From: Chiloscyllium plagiosum
Lineage: Eukaryota
NCBI RefSeq assembly: GCF_004010195.1
Contig: NW_025215381.1
Coordinates: forward strand, 1,260,906 to 1,300,856
DNA length: 39,951 bases
Direction: 5' to 3'
Under the pieces are notes generated by a model. That model ran no database searches. It was not told the origin of the DNA and was given only the letters and a program-made list of their open reading frames with translations. Position numbers and translations under genes: made by a program. This document shows positions 38,545 to 39,951 of the stretch, piece after piece. Numbering within the stretch: the first letter of the stretch is position 1; each line of letters starts with the position of its first letter.

Positions 38545-38716
38545 CATTTAGAGCTGCTGGTGTTGGACTAGGGGTGGACAAAGTTTCAAAATCCCACAAC
38601 ACCAGGTTATAACAGGTCCAACCGGTTTATTGGGAAGCACTAGCTTTCGGAGCACTGCTCCTTCATCAGGTAAAAAAAACCTGCTGGGCTATAACCTGGT
38701 GTTGTGTGATTTTTAA
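38545..38716. mobile_element. Penelope-like family B inverted-pair insertion
   Basis: cacaacaccaggttata inverted against tataacctggtgttgtg; degenerate TSD acataaaatcc / acatataatcc. Confidence 0.78.
38638..38671 (-). ncRNA. Minimal hammerhead ribozyme motif (family B, intact core)
   Basis: Minus strand AC-CTGATGA-A-GGAGC(agt)GCTCC-GAAA-GC-TA-GTG; palindromic AGCT stem III. Confidence 0.7.
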
Positions 38717-38733
38717 CATATAATCCTAGACTG

Positions 38734-39508
38734 TCATAGAGTCATAGAGACGTACAGCACAGAAACAGACCCTTCAGCCCAACTCGTCCTTCCCAACCCA
38801 ATCTAGTCTGATGTACCAGCACTTGGTCCATATCCCTCCAAATCCTTCCTATTCACATACCCATCCAGATGCCTTTTAAATGTTGTAATTGTACCAGCCT
38901 CCACCCACACTATCCGAGGGTCAGTACTGAGGGAGTGCTGCACTGTCAGAGGGTCAGTACTGAGGGAGTGTTGCGCTGTCAGAGGGTCAGTGCTGAGGGA
39001 ATGCCGAACTGTCACAGGGTCAGTACTGAGGGAGTGCCGCACTGTCAGAGGGTCAGTGCTGAGGGAGTGTCGCATTGTCAGAGGGTCAGTGCTGAGGGAG
39101 TGCCTCACGGTTGGAGGGTCAGTGCTGTGGGATCGTTTGAATAATTTCCCTCAAAGAACAAATAAAAACTCACTTTACATTATTAAAGGATTTGATTGAG
39201 GTGATGGAGGGAAATGTTTTCCTCTGAGTGGGACGGGAGAAGAACAATGGGTGAGTGTTATACTGGCTAGGCCGTTCAGGACTGAGGTCAGGAAGCACTT
39301 CCCCACACAGAAAGGAACAGAAATGGGGAACCCCTCCCCTCTGATTGTCCTGTTGAGGTTGGATTCCAACTTCCTCTGGCAGCTCATTCCATACACGTAC
39401 CACCCTCTGTGTGAACAAGTTGCCCCTTAGGTCTCTTTTATATCGTTCCCCTCTCACCCTAAACCTATGCCCTCTAGTTCTGGGATCCCCGACCCCAGGG
39501 AAAAGACT
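38734..39508 (-). mobile_element. CR1-type LINE 3' fragment split at about 38905/39369 by an insert of about 460 bp
   Basis: ccagcctccacc|...|acttcctctggcagctcattcc is contiguous in other copies (e.g. near 725-755). Confidence 0.85.
38916..39132 (+). repeat. 33-bp minisatellite, about 6.5 units
   Basis: Unit GAGGGTCAGTACTGAGGGAGTGCTGCACTGTCA starting at 38916, 38949, 38982, 39015, 39048, 39081 and 39114. Confidence 0.95.
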
Positions 39509-39593
39509 GACACTTCCTGTGCCAGTCCTGAGGGAGTGCTCAGCTATCAGAGGTGTCCGTTTTCAGGTAAGTATTGCCAGCCTAGCTGCCTGC

Positions 39594-39779
39594 CTTTCTC
39601 AGAGGCCATTCCTTTGTAGGAGAGCAGGGAGGGGGAGTTCGCTCTGCACGATGTCTGAGGTTCCACTGATTGACAGGGCCATGAAGCAGGTGATCCAGGT
39701 CATCGACAGGGAAGATATCGCTGAACTCAATCAGCCAACACGTTTGTCCCATTCCGCTCCTCGAGAAGGATGGGCAGTG
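39594..39779 (-). CDS. Candidate exon A of an unidentified minus-strand gene (186 nt)
   Basis: Minus strand ccctaac...gtctccgtctgcacctgcag| acceptor. Open for 62 codons: HCPSFSRSGMGQTCWLIEFSDIFPVDDLDHLLHGPVNQWNLRHRAERTPPPCSPTKEWPLRK. The donor would be a weak GC-type, AAG|gcaggc, phase 0. Confidence 0.45.
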
Positions 39780-39857
39780 CTGCAGGTGCAGACGGAGACA
39801 CTGGAGCTGTTAGGGAGCTTGCTGGATTGTCACAAGCTGCCTGATGCCAAACATGCA

Positions 39858-39951
39858 CTCCACCCACCCCACAACACCCCACCCTGAAACACCCCAGCCC
39901 ACAACACAACACCCCATCCTGAAACACCCCACCCTGAAAACCCCACCCCGA
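39858..39951 (+). repeat. C/A-rich degenerate tandem repeat (ccccaccctgaaaca-like)
   Basis: cctgaaa(c/a)acccc recurs three times and runs off the window end. Confidence 0.7.

Noticed and set aside
38916..39132. CRISPR-like array or repetitive protein ORFs
   Set aside because: Units are contiguous with no unique spacers, in a eukaryotic context; it is a minisatellite.
39651..39887. Plus-strand ORF MSEVPLIDRAMKQV...
   Set aside because: Better explained as the antisense shadow of minus-strand exon A; it runs into a simple repeat and has no supporting exons.
20400..39951. KCNAB3 or RNF227 expected from mammalian synteny
   Set aside because: No aldo-keto reductase or RING motifs recognised in any frame.

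Overview
Vertebrate, repeat-rich genomic DNA, almost certainly from a cartilaginous fish (shark), judged from HE1-type tRNA SINEs and shark-type CR1 LINEs. The + strand carries the last five coding exons of CHD3 (Mi-2alpha chromatin remodeller): 1630-1762, 3125-3320, 3695-3858, 5022-5148 and 17354-17457, ending GEIICIDD*, followed by a roughly 2.7 kb TE-poor 3' UTR. The first exon is preceded by a U12-type branch point. The long last intron holds a candidate 165-nt symmetric cassette exon (7058-7222) with RBFOX motifs downstream. From about 20.7 to 35.5 kb is a nested TE graveyard: a Tigger/pogo transposase fossil, a Gypsy LTR element, many CR1 LINEs, SINEs and a Penelope-like ORF fragment. 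Short Penelope-like terminal-repeat insertions of two families, carrying minimal hammerhead ribozyme cores, are scattered across the window. Many are inverted pairs with 10-15 bp target-site duplications, and one has perfect 149-bp arms. At the right end, four phase-compatible minus-strand exons (39779-39594, 38239-38004, 36763-36652, 36219-36157) spell an unrecognised protein convergent with CHD3. TE boundaries are read by eye and approximate; no database searches were run.
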